A DNA stretch of 64,000 bases from an uncultured virus (IMG/VR IMGVR_UViG_2772190671_000001) (Duplodnaviria > Heunggongvirae > Uroviricota > Caudoviricetes), in IMG/VR virus record IMGVR_UViG_2772190671_000001; one strand, written 5' to 3'. Position numbers and translations under genes: made by a program. Position 1 is the stretch's first letter; the number at the start of each line of letters is the position of its first letter. Below are positions 45,450-54,735 of the stretch, in pieces. The notes below the pieces were generated by a model. The model worked only from the letters and a program-made list of their open reading frames with translations, searched no databases and was not told the DNA's origin.

Positions 45450-45688
45450 GACGTGGGCCCCTCGTCGAGTAGTCCGGCGATCTCCCGCATCCCCGCCAGC
45501 CGCCGTTCCGTCAGCGCCAGTGCGGCGGCGTCCTGCGCGAGGCGGTGGGCGCTCCCGTGTCGTCCGGCAGCGATCTCGTCGGCGTAGATCCGGGCGGCGA
45601 CGGCGAGTCGCTCGGCCTCGCGTTCCAGTTCCTCGACCGTGAGTTGGAGTTGGCGGGTGACGAAACGGCGGGTGAGTTCGGCGGCCAT
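45446..45688 (-). CDS. Hypothetical protein
   Basis: RBS GGAGG; helical. Confidence 0.6.
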   Translation of the reverse strand: MAAELTRRFVTRQLQLTVEELEREAERLAVAARIYADEIAAGRHGSAHRLAQDAAALALTERRLAGMREIAGLLDEGPTS

Positions 45689-45689
45689 G

Positions 45690-46967
45690 TCAGGCCTCCT
45701 CGTCGGTGTCGGCTGCCGCAGGCTGCACCGGGACGGCGGGCGCATCGAGGACGTCACACAGGCCGCACACGACAGCGGGCGGCAGAAGGACGCCCTGCGC
45801 TACCGGGCAGACCTCGCGGTGCAGATCCCGGACGCGCTTCAGCTTGCCGGTGAGCGCGGACGCCCCAGTCCCGTACTCGTCGACCATGCGGCCGAGGCGG
45901 CGCACCTCCTGCTGTGCCTGGCCGAGGGCTGCTTCGTGCCCGCACTCGATCGGGTCGGGGCAGCCGGGCGTCTCGGTGTCGGGCTGCTGCTGCTCCTCGT
46001 CGGCCCGCAGCACGGCTGCTGCTGCGGCTCGTGTCCCCGCGTCCCACGCGTCAGCCAGCCCGCTGTGGTGCTGGTAGCGGTCGGGGATGGGCAGCCGGAC
46101 GGCGCGCGCGGCAGCCTCACGCAGGACAGCGGGCAGGTCGACGGTGGGCGTGGGGGCGGGCTGCGCCTCGTCGGCCATACGGCGCAGCAGGGTGGCGACA
46201 GCGTCGCGGTCGCGGGTGTCCCACCAGAAGCCGCCGTCCTCGTCGAGCTGCGGCCGGTAAGGGATCGGCCCGGGGTGCGCAGCAACGGCCTCGGCGGCCC
46301 ACATCAGGACGGCGGCCTGGTCTGTGGTCGGCGGCAGAACGGGCATGATCGCGTCGGCGAGGTCGCCACGGCGCATGTCGGGCCGGTAGTCGGCCTGTTC
46401 AAGCGCTACGGCGATGCGGTCGCGGAGTGTGGCCCGGTCGGCGCGCTCGGCGAGCAGCTGCCGTCCGCAGCGTGCGCCCTTCAGCCACTCCCGGACATCA
46501 GCCGTGGTGATCTGGCGGGCTTCACGGTCGGCGATGTCGCAGCACTCTCCAACGAACGCGAGCGCGTCCTGAGCGCGGTACAGGTCGGTGCTCAGTTCGT
46601 CGGCCAGGTCGCGGGCTTCCTCGGCGGTCAGTTCCTGCGCGGCCCGGTCGGCGGCGGGCGGCAGCACGGCCAGCACCGCGTCGGCGTGCTCGCCGTACTC
46701 GTCCGGTTCGATGCCGTCGTCGTCGAACTCGAAGCCGCTGGCCTCACAGATGGCGCGGCGGATGCGGTCGCGGAGTGTGGCCCGGTCGGCGGGCGGCGGC
46801 GGCACCGGCGCGGTGGCGAGCAGTTCGGCAGCGGCCCGGCACACCCGCTCGTGCTGCACCGGGAACGTCGGCTGCCCCGGCCCGGGGATGGCGACCGCGT
46901 CCCAGAGGGCGTCGGCCTGCTGGACGGTGAGGCCGTGCGTCGGGTCAGGCTGCGTCGGGTTGGTCAT
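45690..46967 (-). CDS. Mosaic protein with repeated linkers
   Basis: ADRATLRDRI twice; ADA(V/I)xxVLP twice. Confidence 0.7.
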   Translation of the reverse strand: MTNPTQPDPTHGLTVQQADALWDAVAIPGPGQPTFPVQHERVCRAAAELLATAPVPPPPADRATLRDRIRRAICEASGFEFDDDGIEPDEYGEHADAVLAVLPPAADRAAQELTAEEARDLADELSTDLYRAQDALAFVGECCDIADREARQITTADVREWLKGARCGRQLLAERADRATLRDRIAVALEQADYRPDMRRGDLADAIMPVLPPTTDQAAVLMWAAEAVAAHPGPIPYRPQLDEDGGFWWDTRDRDAVATLLRRMADEAQPAPTPTVDLPAVLREAAARAVRLPIPDRYQHHSGLADAWDAGTRAAAAAVLRADEEQQQPDTETPGCPDPIECGHEAALGQAQQEVRRLGRMVDEYGTGASALTGKLKRVRDLHREVCPVAQGVLLPPAVVCGLCDVLDAPAVPVQPAAADTDEEA

Positions 46968-47043
46968 GGTGGTCCCTTCGGAGAGAATCGGAGACGCCGG
47001 CCGGGCGCGATACGAGCGCGCCCGGCTGGTCCTGTACGGGTGG

Positions 47044-47331
47044 TCACGCGGCAGCCGATGCCGTCGGCGAAGAGGCAGGGTGGTCGCACTGCGGGGACCG
47101 GCCGGAGCGGCATATCGCGGCCACCTGCTCCATGGCCTGGAGGTTCTTGCGGCCCCAGTCCCGGGCGCGTTCCTCGTGGCTGGTCCGGGAGTCCATGAGG
47201 TGACATCCACCGGGCCACTCCGTCGGGTTCCAGGGGTTGTAGTCGTTGCGGCGCCATTCGACGAAGTGGGCGCGATGGGTGGGGCACAGATCGCCGGGTA
47301 TCGGTGTGGCGGCTGCCTCGGACGCAGTCAT
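47044..47331 (-). CDS. Hypothetical protein
   Basis: RBS AGAGGA; MTASEAAATP. Confidence 0.55.
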   Translation of the reverse strand: MTASEAAATPIPGDLCPTHRAHFVEWRRNDYNPWNPTEWPGGCHLMDSRTSHEERARDWGRKNLQAMEQVAAICRSGRSPQCDHPASSPTASAAA

Positions 47332-47390
47332 GTCGTGTCCTCTCGGTCGGGGCGGGTGCCGTGGTTGGTCTTTCGTTCCGGGCTGGCAGG

Positions 47391-48173
47391 TCACGCTGCG
47401 GCGATCTGTGCGGCAATTCGCTCGGCAGCCTGCACACGTTGCGCAGCCAGCTCTGCGGCGGCCCGGTCGATCTCGACGAGAAAGCAGCGGCGACTAGCCA
47501 GCACAGCGGCCACGCCCGTCGTCCCGGATCCGGCGCACGGGTCGACCACAAGGTCGCCGCGCAGGGTGCTGGACTCGATCAGGTCGGCGAGCAGCGGTAC
47601 CGGCTTCTCATTCGGGTGCCGCGTGTTGCCGTTGGGACGCTGATAGCGCAGGACCGATCCCTTGCGAAGGCGGGCCGCCAGACCTCCGCGTCCGGAAGAC
47701 CGGTCGGAAGGCCGCTTGCGGTGCACCCCGAAGGCGATGGGTTCGTGGCTCGCCGACCACGCCGTGGTGAGGTCTCCTTGAGGCAGCAGGATCTTGTCCC
47801 AGACGAGATCGGCTACCGCTCCCAGCCTGAGCGGCTCGGCCGCATCCTCAGAGCGGTAGCCGAACACGTACACGTGGCGGGAGTTGGCGAGGCCGCGATC
47901 GTGGCTGCCGCCCGGAGCGGCCCACTCGCCGAGGATCGCCAGCCAGTCCTGTGTGCCGTCGTCGCCAGCAATGGCGGGGCGGCTGGCCCAGTTGCTGCGG
48001 TAGTCGATGCCGTAGGGCGGGTCGGTGCACAGCAGTCCGTACCCGTCTGGGACGGCGGCGAGGATCTGCGGATCACGGCAGTCGCCCCAGATGATCGTGG
48101 CGCGCTCCGACTGGTGGAGGATCTGGCCGCCGGCGGGCGGGGTGAGGTCGAGGGCAAGCGTTTCGGCGGTCAT
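47391..48173 (-). CDS. DNA N6-adenine/N4-cytosine methyltransferase (beta class)
   Basis: TDPPYG before HPNEKP...VVDPCAGSGTT. Confidence 0.92.
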   Translation of the reverse strand: MTAETLALDLTPPAGGQILHQSERATIIWGDCRDPQILAAVPDGYGLLCTDPPYGIDYRSNWASRPAIAGDDGTQDWLAILGEWAAPGGSHDRGLANSRHVYVFGYRSEDAAEPLRLGAVADLVWDKILLPQGDLTTAWSASHEPIAFGVHRKRPSDRSSGRGGLAARLRKGSVLRYQRPNGNTRHPNEKPVPLLADLIESSTLRGDLVVDPCAGSGTTGVAAVLASRRCFLVEIDRAAAELAAQRVQAAERIAAQIAAA

Positions 48174-48203
48174 GGGTGTGTCTCCTTCGGGTGTGGGGGC
48201 GGG

Positions 48204-48536
48204 TCAGGTCACGGGGCGCAGAACACGGACGGCCGTGAGGGCGAAGTCCGGCAGCGGCGTCCCGTAGCGGGCGTTGTGCGAGGCGACCGTGTCCAGCCAG
48301 TCCGCGAAGGCGATGGCCAGCTCCGGCGTGAACAGCCCGGCCAGCTGCGAGCAGACGCCGCCCATGCCGTTCTCGAATCCGTCCCGCCAGGCGGTGGCCC
48401 GGTCGTAGCAGGACCAGAAGTCGTCGTGGTCGAGGTCGGCGAGAGCGGCCTCGGCGATGGTGCGGATGTGGGCGGCGGTCTGGTGGACGGTGAGCGCGGG
48501 GCTCGGCGGCGGCAGCAGCGGCGTGGTGGTGGTCAT
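48204..48536 (-). CDS. Hypothetical protein
   Basis: ATGA-coupled. Confidence 0.6.
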   Translation of the reverse strand: MTTTTPLLPPPSPALTVHQTAAHIRTIAEAALADLDHDDFWSCYDRATAWRDGFENGMGGVCSQLAGLFTPELAIAFADWLDTVASHNARYGTPLPDFALTAVRVLRPVT

Positions 48537-48988
48537 CGGCCGGCCCCAGCAGACACAGCAGCAGCGGCGGCGGCGGTGTCCTCGCGCTGCCACTGCTCCT
48601 CGTGCTCGCGAAGGCGGCACTGGACGTCGAAGGCGCCTTCGTAGTCGCGGTCCTCGCGGGCTTGCGTGACCAACTCGGCGAACGACTGGCGGATCTCGTT
48701 GCGCTTGGCCTCCACGGCCGGGCGCTCCAGCTCGGCAACGCGGGCGCGGAGGCGGCGGACTTCGGCGAGCAGCGTCCGCACGTCCTCGCGGGCGTGGGCG
48801 ATGAACTCGCCGTTGCGGGTCTCGCTCGTCGGGTTCCAGTAGCTGGCCAGCTGGTGGCCGTCGGGGCCGAGGACGTCGGAGTAGTTCTCTGACAGCGTCC
48901 AAGGGCCGGGGGTGGCGGCTTTCGCGCGGGTGTCGATGTCGTCGAGCTGCTGGGCGGTGAGCGGGGTGGGCTGGGTGTGCTGGTTCAT
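48533..48988 (-). CDS. Ead/Ea22-like protein
   Basis: AKAATPGPW...EFIAHAREDVRTLLAEVRRLR. Confidence 0.7.
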   Translation of the reverse strand: MNQHTQPTPLTAQQLDDIDTRAKAATPGPWTLSENYSDVLGPDGHQLASYWNPTSETRNGEFIAHAREDVRTLLAEVRRLRARVAELERPAVEAKRNEIRQSFAELVTQAREDRDYEGAFDVQCRLREHEEQWQREDTAAAAAAVSAGAGR

Positions 48989-49073
48989 GTGGGGTGTCCT
49001 GTCGTGTGTGGTGGCGGTAACCGGGTCGCGCGGTGGGCCGGCCGGTCAGGGCGGGCGCGGGACTACGGGCGGA

Positions 49074-49286
49074 TCAGGCGGCCTCGCCTTCGATGACGCG
49101 CAGCTTCGGCTTGCCCGTACCGCGGCCTTCGAGCCGGTCCAGCTCGGCTTCGAGGGTGGCGAGGTGCGCGGCCTGCTCCTCAGGCGTCCACCGTGAGACC
49201 GGCTCGGAACGGCGGCGGGCGGGCTGGGCGTGGCCGAACGTGCCAGTCGGCAGGGCCTCGGCCATGAGGCGCTCGTAGGGCGTCAT
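49074..49286 (-). CDS. Hypothetical protein
   Basis: MTPYERLMAEALPTGTFG; coupled. Confidence 0.6.
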   Translation of the reverse strand: MTPYERLMAEALPTGTFGHAQPARRRSEPVSRWTPEEQAAHLATLEAELDRLEGRGTGKPKLRVIEGEAA

Positions 49287-49579
49287 GCCGCTTCCCCAAT
49301 CTCGGCACGGAGCCAGGTCTCGTGGGCAGCGGCGTCGTAGGGTCCGGCGGCGAGCCACTCAGCGGTCGCCTTGGCGGCGGCCTCCTTGCGCCAGCCGCGC
49401 TTGTTGGAACGCAGGGACAGCTCGCCGTCCTGCCAGCTGTCGCCGCAGTGACAACAGGTGACCGTGGGCCCGTACCAGGCTTCGTCCTGGACGAGCATGC
49501 GGCGCCGGGTCTTGCAGGTGACGCAGCGGAGGATGCGGCGAATCGGGTACCGCCGGGCGCGGCAGACGATGACGTTCAT
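49283..49579 (-). CDS. Zn-ribbon hypothetical protein
   Basis: CVTC...CCHC; coupled. Confidence 0.6.
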   Translation of the reverse strand: MNVIVCRARRYPIRRILRCVTCKTRRRMLVQDEAWYGPTVTCCHCGDSWQDGELSLRSNKRGWRKEAAAKATAEWLAAGPYDAAAHETWLRAEIGEAA

Positions 49580-49881
49580 GCGGCGGTGGCCTCGGCTTCC
49601 TGGTAGCGGCGGGCGTGGACGGTGGTGCGGGCGCGGCCGTCTTCGTGGCAGGGCACCTCGGGCGTGACCTGGCATTCGGGGCAGCAGGCCGTGGCCTCGG
49701 CCCAGGCGGACACCCGCTGCGGGTGGGGCTGCGGAAGCTGCCGGCCGGAGGCTCGCAGGACGCAGGGCCGGTGTGCGTGGGCGCCGCAGTGCGGGCACGG
49801 GACGGCGCGGGCCGGGTGCTGGGCGGCTCGGACGAAGTGGCGGAGGCTGTCGGGCATCGGGGCGCCGGAGTGCAGGGTCAT
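49576..49881 (-). CDS. Zn-finger protein
   Basis: CPHC...C...H and CPEC...C...H repeats. Confidence 0.7.
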   Translation of the reverse strand: MTLHSGAPMPDSLRHFVRAAQHPARAVPCPHCGAHAHRPCVLRASGRQLPQPHPQRVSAWAEATACCPECQVTPEVPCHEDGRARTTVHARRYQEAEATAA

Positions 49882-50201
49882 CGGGTCTCCTTGGGCGGGC
49901 AGTTGCCGCAGTCACAGGGCTGATCAGGGAAGTGCTCGGTGTTGCGGTAGTGGCGGACAGCCGCATCCCAGGCGGCTTTCGGCAGGGACCACTCCGGTGG
50001 CGGGCCGGGCGGGGAGCTGCCGGTCGGCCAGGCGCCGGGCCGGTGGCCGGGCGGCTTCGGGGCTGCAGGTTTCGGCGGCTGGGCGCGGCGGGCTTTGCCG
50101 GCGGCGATCTGCTGCCGCATGAACGCCTTCAGGTCCGCTCCCCCGCCCTCCGCACGCATCGCCTTGATGTCTTCGACCTCCGGCTCCCAGTCAGCGGTCA
50201 C
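49878..50201 (-). CDS. Hypothetical protein
   Basis: Coupled; PPGHRPGAWP, CDCGNC. Confidence 0.6.
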   Translation of the reverse strand: MTADWEPEVEDIKAMRAEGGGADLKAFMRQQIAAGKARRAQPPKPAAPKPPGHRPGAWPTGSSPPGPPPEWSLPKAAWDAAVRHYRNTEHFPDQPCDCGNCPPKETR

Positions 50202-50956
50202 GACACGGCCTCCTCGTCGACGATCACGGCGTCGGGGATGTCGTCGGCTTCGCGGGCGAGGTGCGCGGCGGACATCTGCCGGATCCGCTGCTCCTCGGCG
50301 GCCCGCTCCGCCTCGGCGGCCTCAGGGATGCCGTTGGCGGCGCGGAGGCGGGCGCTGTGCGGCTTCAGACGCGGCTTCCCCAACGGCTGACGGTCCGTGC
50401 CGCCGGGCGCCTTGCACGGCTTGCCTATCGCCGCCCGGCACTTCTCCACCGGGCACACGACGCCCAGCGGGCCAGAACGGCGCACCGAGTCGATCAGCTC
50501 GGCCTCGACGGTGTCCTCATCGTCGACGGTCCGGTTGCCTTCCCAGCCGCGGGCTTCCAGCTCGCCCATCAGCTCGCGGGACGGGGCGCCCTCCAGTGCC
50601 AGCCGGCCGGTGGGGGCGGGGATGCGCCCGGAGGCGATCGCCTGAGTCTGGCCGCGGAGGCGGGCCAGGTACTCCGGCACGGTCTCGTCAGCGATGGGCT
50701 CGTACTGGAAGTTCTCCAGACGGGCACTGCGGATCTTCGTGCGGAGGGTCCGGATGTGGTGCGGCAGGATCCACAGCCGCTCGTTCGGATTCTGCGGCGG
50801 AGTCCGGTAGTAGAGCGCCACCGCGGCCTTCGCGTCCGCGTCCAGCGGCACGTCCTCGAGGGCGGCGGCCCAAGCCACAGCAGCAGCAGCAGACGGGTTG
50901 CGGTTGTCGAAGGCGGCGGCATGGCCGAGGAGTTCGGCCGCCTCGGTCGGATTCAT
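50198..50956 (-). CDS. Putative helicase loader-like protein with Zn finger
   Basis: Directly after initiator; MNPTEAAELL...AFDNR...W..AL. Confidence 0.6.
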   Translation of the reverse strand: MNPTEAAELLGHAAAFDNRNPSAAAAVAWAAALEDVPLDADAKAAVALYYRTPPQNPNERLWILPHHIRTLRTKIRSARLENFQYEPIADETVPEYLARLRGQTQAIASGRIPAPTGRLALEGAPSRELMGELEARGWEGNRTVDDEDTVEAELIDSVRRSGPLGVVCPVEKCRAAIGKPCKAPGGTDRQPLGKPRLKPHSARLRAANGIPEAAEAERAAEEQRIRQMSAAHLAREADDIPDAVIVDEEAVS

Positions 50957-51804
50957 GCGGAGTCTCCTTGCTCAGCGAGTTGGGCGGCGATGTCGGCCCA
51001 GCCAGCGACCTTCGCGTCGGTGCCGGTGAGGGTCTGGCCAGAGGGCAGGGCGATGACGTTGGAGGCGCTGTGCGCCTGCCGCATCTCAGAGAAGGCGAAC
51101 TGGAGGGTGCCGGGGCTGACGGGCTTCGACAGGGAGCCGAGGCGCTCGAGGGCTTGCCAGAGCTCTCCCGAGTCGGTGCCGTTGGCGAGGGCGTCGGCGA
51201 TGACCTTGCGTACCTGGCGCTGGCTGTAGGCGTTGCCAGCGCGATAGCGATCGAGGAAGGCGTCGGTCATCCGGTCTTCGATGGCCCTCTCGCCCGTCTG
51301 CGAGACGGCGGGGCTGTCGGACGACTGCCGGGGGGTAGGGGGGTTTCCCTTCCCTTCCCTGTTCCCTTCCCTTCCTTTCCTTTCCTGTGATGAGTCCTCA
51401 CTGAGGTGTGCGTGAGTATTCAGTGAGTCGCTGTCGTGCCTGGTCACAGGGTCAGGAGGGGTCGGATCGCCCTCTTCGGGGGCCGGAAGCTTGCTTGGTG
51501 TCGGACGGTTGATCCTTTGGTGCTCAATCCAGCCCGTGACGGCGATGTACCGCTTTCGATTGAGCGTGTAGCGAGTAATCAGTGAGGACTCAGTGAGTGC
51601 CTTCAGGTCGATCTCGATGTCGGCCGCGGTGCGGTCGTCGAGCGGCCAGATCGCCGCCTTGATCAGGCGAGCGTCGTCCACGCATCGGCCGGCGTCGTCA
51701 GCGTGCGTCCACAGGCCAATGAAGGTGAGCCGCTGCTCGGGCGTGAGGTCGGCGATCGTGAGCGAGGTGAAGAACTCGGGCTTGATCGTGCGGATGCGGG
51801 CCAT
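50953..51804 (-). CDS. Phage replication initiator (replisome organiser)
   Basis: MARIRTIKPEFF...LTFIGLWTHADDAGR...HQRINRPTPSKLP; internal repeats. Confidence 0.85.
   Translation of the reverse strand: MARIRTIKPEFFTSLTIADLTPEQRLTFIGLWTHADDAGRCVDDARLIKAAIWPLDDRTAADIEIDLKALTESSLITRYTLNRKRYIAVTGWIEHQRINRPTPSKLPAPEEGDPTPPDPVTRHDSDSLNTHAHLSEDSSQERKGREGNREGKGNPPTPRQSSDSPAVSQTGERAIEDRMTDAFLDRYRAGNAYSQRQVRKVIADALANGTDSGELWQALERLGSLSKPVSPGTLQFAFSEMRQAHSASNVIALPSGQTLTGTDAKVAGWADIAAQLAEQGDSA
51345..51600. repeat. Candidate replication origin within initiator gene
   Basis: TGAGTCCTCACTGA 51391-51404 and its exact inverse 51579-51592; more (CAG)TGAGT copies; pyrimidine tract 51345-51386. Confidence 0.6.
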
Positions 51805-53072
51805 CAGTTCTCGCCGCCCACAGGGCGCGCCGCGATCTCAAACACAGAGAGGTGCCGGGTGAGGCAGGTACTCAGGTCTGGGTCTTGATACGCGCCAGCG
51901 CCTGTTGCTGCCGGGTAGAGGTCGGCGATCCAGATGTCGCCGTCGCCCACTCGCCACAAGTTCTCGAGGAATGTGGATCGCTCGGAGTGGGTTGGCCAGC
52001 GCCCGGATGAAGCTTCGAAGGCCCCGGCCCACGTCTCGATAACCCTCGCGACGTATTCCGTTACGCCGACCTTGCCCATCTCCTCTTCACTGAGCCCGAA
52101 GTGGAGGAGCCCCGTTCGCCGGGATCCCGCGTAGGCGGCGGCTCGGGCGACACGGCCGATGTAGATGTCGGCGTCGAGAAGGGTGTTGATCTGGGCCTGA
52201 ATGCCTTGGGTGAGCTTGTCGTCGGGATACTCCCCTGCCGCACTGAGCCAGGCAGAGGTCCACTGCTGAAGAGCGTCCTCTCGGTCCGCCGCCTTGAGCG
52301 CCTCGGTCGCGTCGGCCTCGCCGAACCAGGCTGCATGTTGAGCGGCGTAAAGGACGCGGTGAGCATCCTCCCGTTTCCGCAACTGCTGGACGCTGGCCCG
52401 GAACTTGTCCAGAGCTTCGTTATCGATCTCGCCGAACTGTTCGTTTGTCCAGACGTCTACCGCTGCCTCGATCAGGGAATCTGCCGTCGGTTCTGCTGCG
52501 GGAGCGCCCCCGACGATCCTTCGCGCCTCCGCCTGCAGGGCAGTCACCTTGTTCCAGGCGATGCCGCAGACGTAGCGGAAAGTCCTGTCGGGCTTGACCT
52601 TCTGGTTGGCCATGGCGGCGTCGACGATGTCGGCCCACATCCAGGTGGGGATGCCGGCGACGCGGAAGCGTTCGATGCTCTGCTTCCAGCCGTCGTCCAG
52701 CGGGACCTTCTCGGTCTCGTCCTTGCCGACGTGCCACCGGTTCCATTCGGCGAGGAATGCGTCGCGGTACTCGTCCTTCGGCTTCTCCAGTTCCTGAAGG
52801 TTGACCGCGGCCTGCTTCATGGCGGCGGCCCAGCGGAGGGCGTCGTCGCTGACGCCGGCGACGACTGCGGAGTCGACGGTGGCGCTGCTCTTGCCGCTAT
52901 TGCAGGGCTCGCAGCTGGTGGCGAGGTTCGTCGGTTCGTCGGTGCCGCCGAGCGCGACGGGGGTGACGTGATCGACGCGCAGCGGTACGTCCGGGGCGGA
53001 CGCGCCGCAGTAGCGGCAGGTGTGGTTGTCCCTGCGGAGGATCTCGTAACGGAGGCGCTTGGAGACAGGCAT
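51804..53072 (-). CDS. HNH endonuclease with long helical C-terminal region
   Basis: VSKRLRYEILRRDNHTCRYCG...VDHVTPVALGG...NLATSCEPCNSGK. Confidence 0.88.
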   Translation of the reverse strand: MPVSKRLRYEILRRDNHTCRYCGASAPDVPLRVDHVTPVALGGTDEPTNLATSCEPCNSGKSSATVDSAVVAGVSDDALRWAAAMKQAAVNLQELEKPKDEYRDAFLAEWNRWHVGKDETEKVPLDDGWKQSIERFRVAGIPTWMWADIVDAAMANQKVKPDRTFRYVCGIAWNKVTALQAEARRIVGGAPAAEPTADSLIEAAVDVWTNEQFGEIDNEALDKFRASVQQLRKREDAHRVLYAAQHAAWFGEADATEALKAADREDALQQWTSAWLSAAGEYPDDKLTQGIQAQINTLLDADIYIGRVARAAAYAGSRRTGLLHFGLSEEEMGKVGVTEYVARVIETWAGAFEASSGRWPTHSERSTFLENLWRVGDGDIWIADLYPAATGAGAYQDPDLSTCLTRHLSVFEIAARPVGGEN

Positions 53073-53152
53073 GAATTGGTGTCCTTTGATCGTTCTGTAC
53101 AGCGGTGTCTGCGAGCGCGAAGAGCCGCACGGGGACTGAGAATTAACGCTCC

Positions 53153-53225
53153 CGTGTACGTACACGACCCTACCGGTCGTGTACGTACACGGCAACGTTC
53201 TATCTGGCGCGCGTGTACATACACG
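53153..53225. promoter_or_regulatory. Three 14-bp palindromes CGTGTAC(G/A)TACACG
   Basis: 53153-53166, 53178-53191, 53212-53225. Confidence 0.8.
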
Positions 53226-53240
53226 CGCTACGCTCACGGC

Positions 53241-53483
53241 ATGGCCCCGAAGGAGACCCACACGACCGCGCGCCCCGTCCGCATCCCGAAAGAGGACTGG
53301 GACGCTTTCGGCGCGCTCGTGGGTGATCGGGAGCGGTCGCGGTTGATCCGCGAGTTCATCGCCTGGTACCTGCGCCGGCCGAAGGCGACGCTGCCCAAGC
53401 GGCCGGACGCCGCGATCCATCGCTCCGACGGCAAGGTTGTGGCCGTCGAGGTGAAAAGCACGCACCGACCGCCTGGGCACTGA
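53241..53483 (+). CDS. Ribbon-helix-helix protein
   Basis: TTARPVRIPKEDWDAFGALVGDRERSRLIREFIAWYL. Confidence 0.75.
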   Translation: MAPKETHTTARPVRIPKEDWDAFGALVGDRERSRLIREFIAWYLRRPKATLPKRPDAAIHRSDGKVVAVEVKSTHRPPGH

Positions 53484-53538
53484 CCTCATCGCTCCTCCTC
53501 CCCGGCCCCGCTTGTGCGGGGCCGTTGTCGTGTCCGGG

Positions 53539-53883
53539 CTAGGCGGCTTGTCGGCTGCGGGCGTAGTAGACGGTTTGTCGGGTGCAGCCGACGCGTTCGG
53601 CGGTGACCCGCGCGGGGAGCCCCCACTGGTCGCATTGGGCGATCGCGGCACGCCGTTCGATCCAGGTGAGGTCTGCGGGCGGTTCTCCGGCGGCGGCCCG
53701 TTCGACGGCGATCTCGTCGGGTGCGGGCGGCGCCCATGTCCAGTCGTTGCCGGCGGCCCGTCGTTTACTGCGGGCGCGGTGGACGGTGCGCTGGGAGCAG
53801 CCGAGTTGTTCAGCGACGGCCCGGGCTGAGAGCCCCTGCTCGTCGAGTTCGGCGATGGCGGCGTGGAGTTCGGCGGCGTTCAT
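53539..53883 (-). CDS. Double-HTH protein
   Basis: GLSARAVAEQLGCSQRTVHR and GLPARVTAERVGCTRQTVYY. Confidence 0.8.
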   Translation of the reverse strand: MNAAELHAAIAELDEQGLSARAVAEQLGCSQRTVHRARSKRRAAGNDWTWAPPAPDEIAVERAAAGEPPADLTWIERRAAIAQCDQWGLPARVTAERVGCTRQTVYYARSRQAA

Positions 53884-54134
53884 GCGGCTTCTCCCATCTG
53901 GCGTCGCGTCACTCGGCGTTGTTGCTGGCTGGCGCCGCCCCAGATCCCGGTCATGGCGCCGTCGACGGCTTCGAGCCGGTTGGCGTGGGCGGTGCAGTCG
54001 GGTCGGACGGGGCATTCACCGCAGATGCGTTTCGGCTGGCGGCTGCCGTGGCCGGGTCCGGTTTCGGTCCACGCTTCGGGGTCGGCTTGGGCGCAGAGAG
54101 CGGCGTCCATCCAGGCGTAGCGGTCGGCGGTCAC
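53880..54134 (-). CDS. WhiB-family transcription factor
   Basis: WMDAALCAQADPE...ICGECPVRPDC...GIWGG. Confidence 0.92.
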   Translation of the reverse strand: MTADRYAWMDAALCAQADPEAWTETGPGHGSRQPKRICGECPVRPDCTAHANRLEAVDGAMTGIWGGASQQQRRVTRRQMGEAA

Positions 54135-54547
54135 GCGGCCATCCCCAATCCCGCAACGGCCTTGCGCCACTGCCTGTCGGCGGTGAGGTGGACGGTGCAC
54201 AGGCCGCGCCCAGAACGCGCCTTGCGGCAGCCGTCGACGGTGCACAGCTGGTCGGGGCCGAGCATCCCGGCGTCGGCTTCCCACTCCTTGACGAGCCGCT
54301 CGTACACGCTGAGGTGGACGGAGACGACGGCGCGTTCCATGCCGTGGCGCCGGAGCCAGAGGGCGGCTTCGCGGAGTTCATCGCGGGTGAGCTCGGGCCT
54401 CGGCGTCTCGCCGGTGATGGCCCGCTCGACGGCGTAGTAGTCGACCTGCTCGGTGCTGAACTGGTCTTCGGTGGCCGGCGGGATGTAGACGGGGCGACGG
54501 CCGCAGGCGCGGCTGGCGGTGAGCTTGAGGTGGCGCCTCTCGATCAT
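54131..54547 (-). CDS. HTH/Zn-finger hypothetical protein
   Basis: CTVDGC...GLCTVH; coupled. Confidence 0.65.
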   Translation of the reverse strand: MIERRHLKLTASRACGRRPVYIPPATEDQFSTEQVDYYAVERAITGETPRPELTRDELREAALWLRRHGMERAVVSVHLSVYERLVKEWEADAGMLGPDQLCTVDGCRKARSGRGLCTVHLTADRQWRKAVAGLGMAA

Positions 54548-54735
54548 GAGATGTCCTCCTTCCGGCTGGCAGTGGGCAGTGCGTTGATGCGGCGGCAGGT
54601 CCACAGGGCGTCGATGTCGATGCCGCGTTGGTTGTCGGGTGCGGCGGGGATGTGGCGGCGTTCGCGCCAGAGGCTGCGGACGGCGAGCACGGCGCCGGGG
54701 GCGAGGACGGCCGGCACGAGCCAGGCGAGGTTCAC
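54544..54735 (-). CDS. Small membrane protein
   Basis: Hydrophobic N-terminus; coupled. Confidence 0.55.
   Translation of the reverse strand: MNLAWLVPAVLAPGAVLAVRSLWRERRHIPAAPDNQRGIDIDALWTCRRINALPTASRKEDIS

Noticed and set aside
46413..46791. 31-bp direct repeats as a CRISPR array
   Set aside because: Only two exact copies, 348 bp apart, in frame inside a gene; no cas genes
47391..48173. Restriction-modification system
   Set aside because: Orphan methyltransferase with no adjacent endonuclease; common in phages
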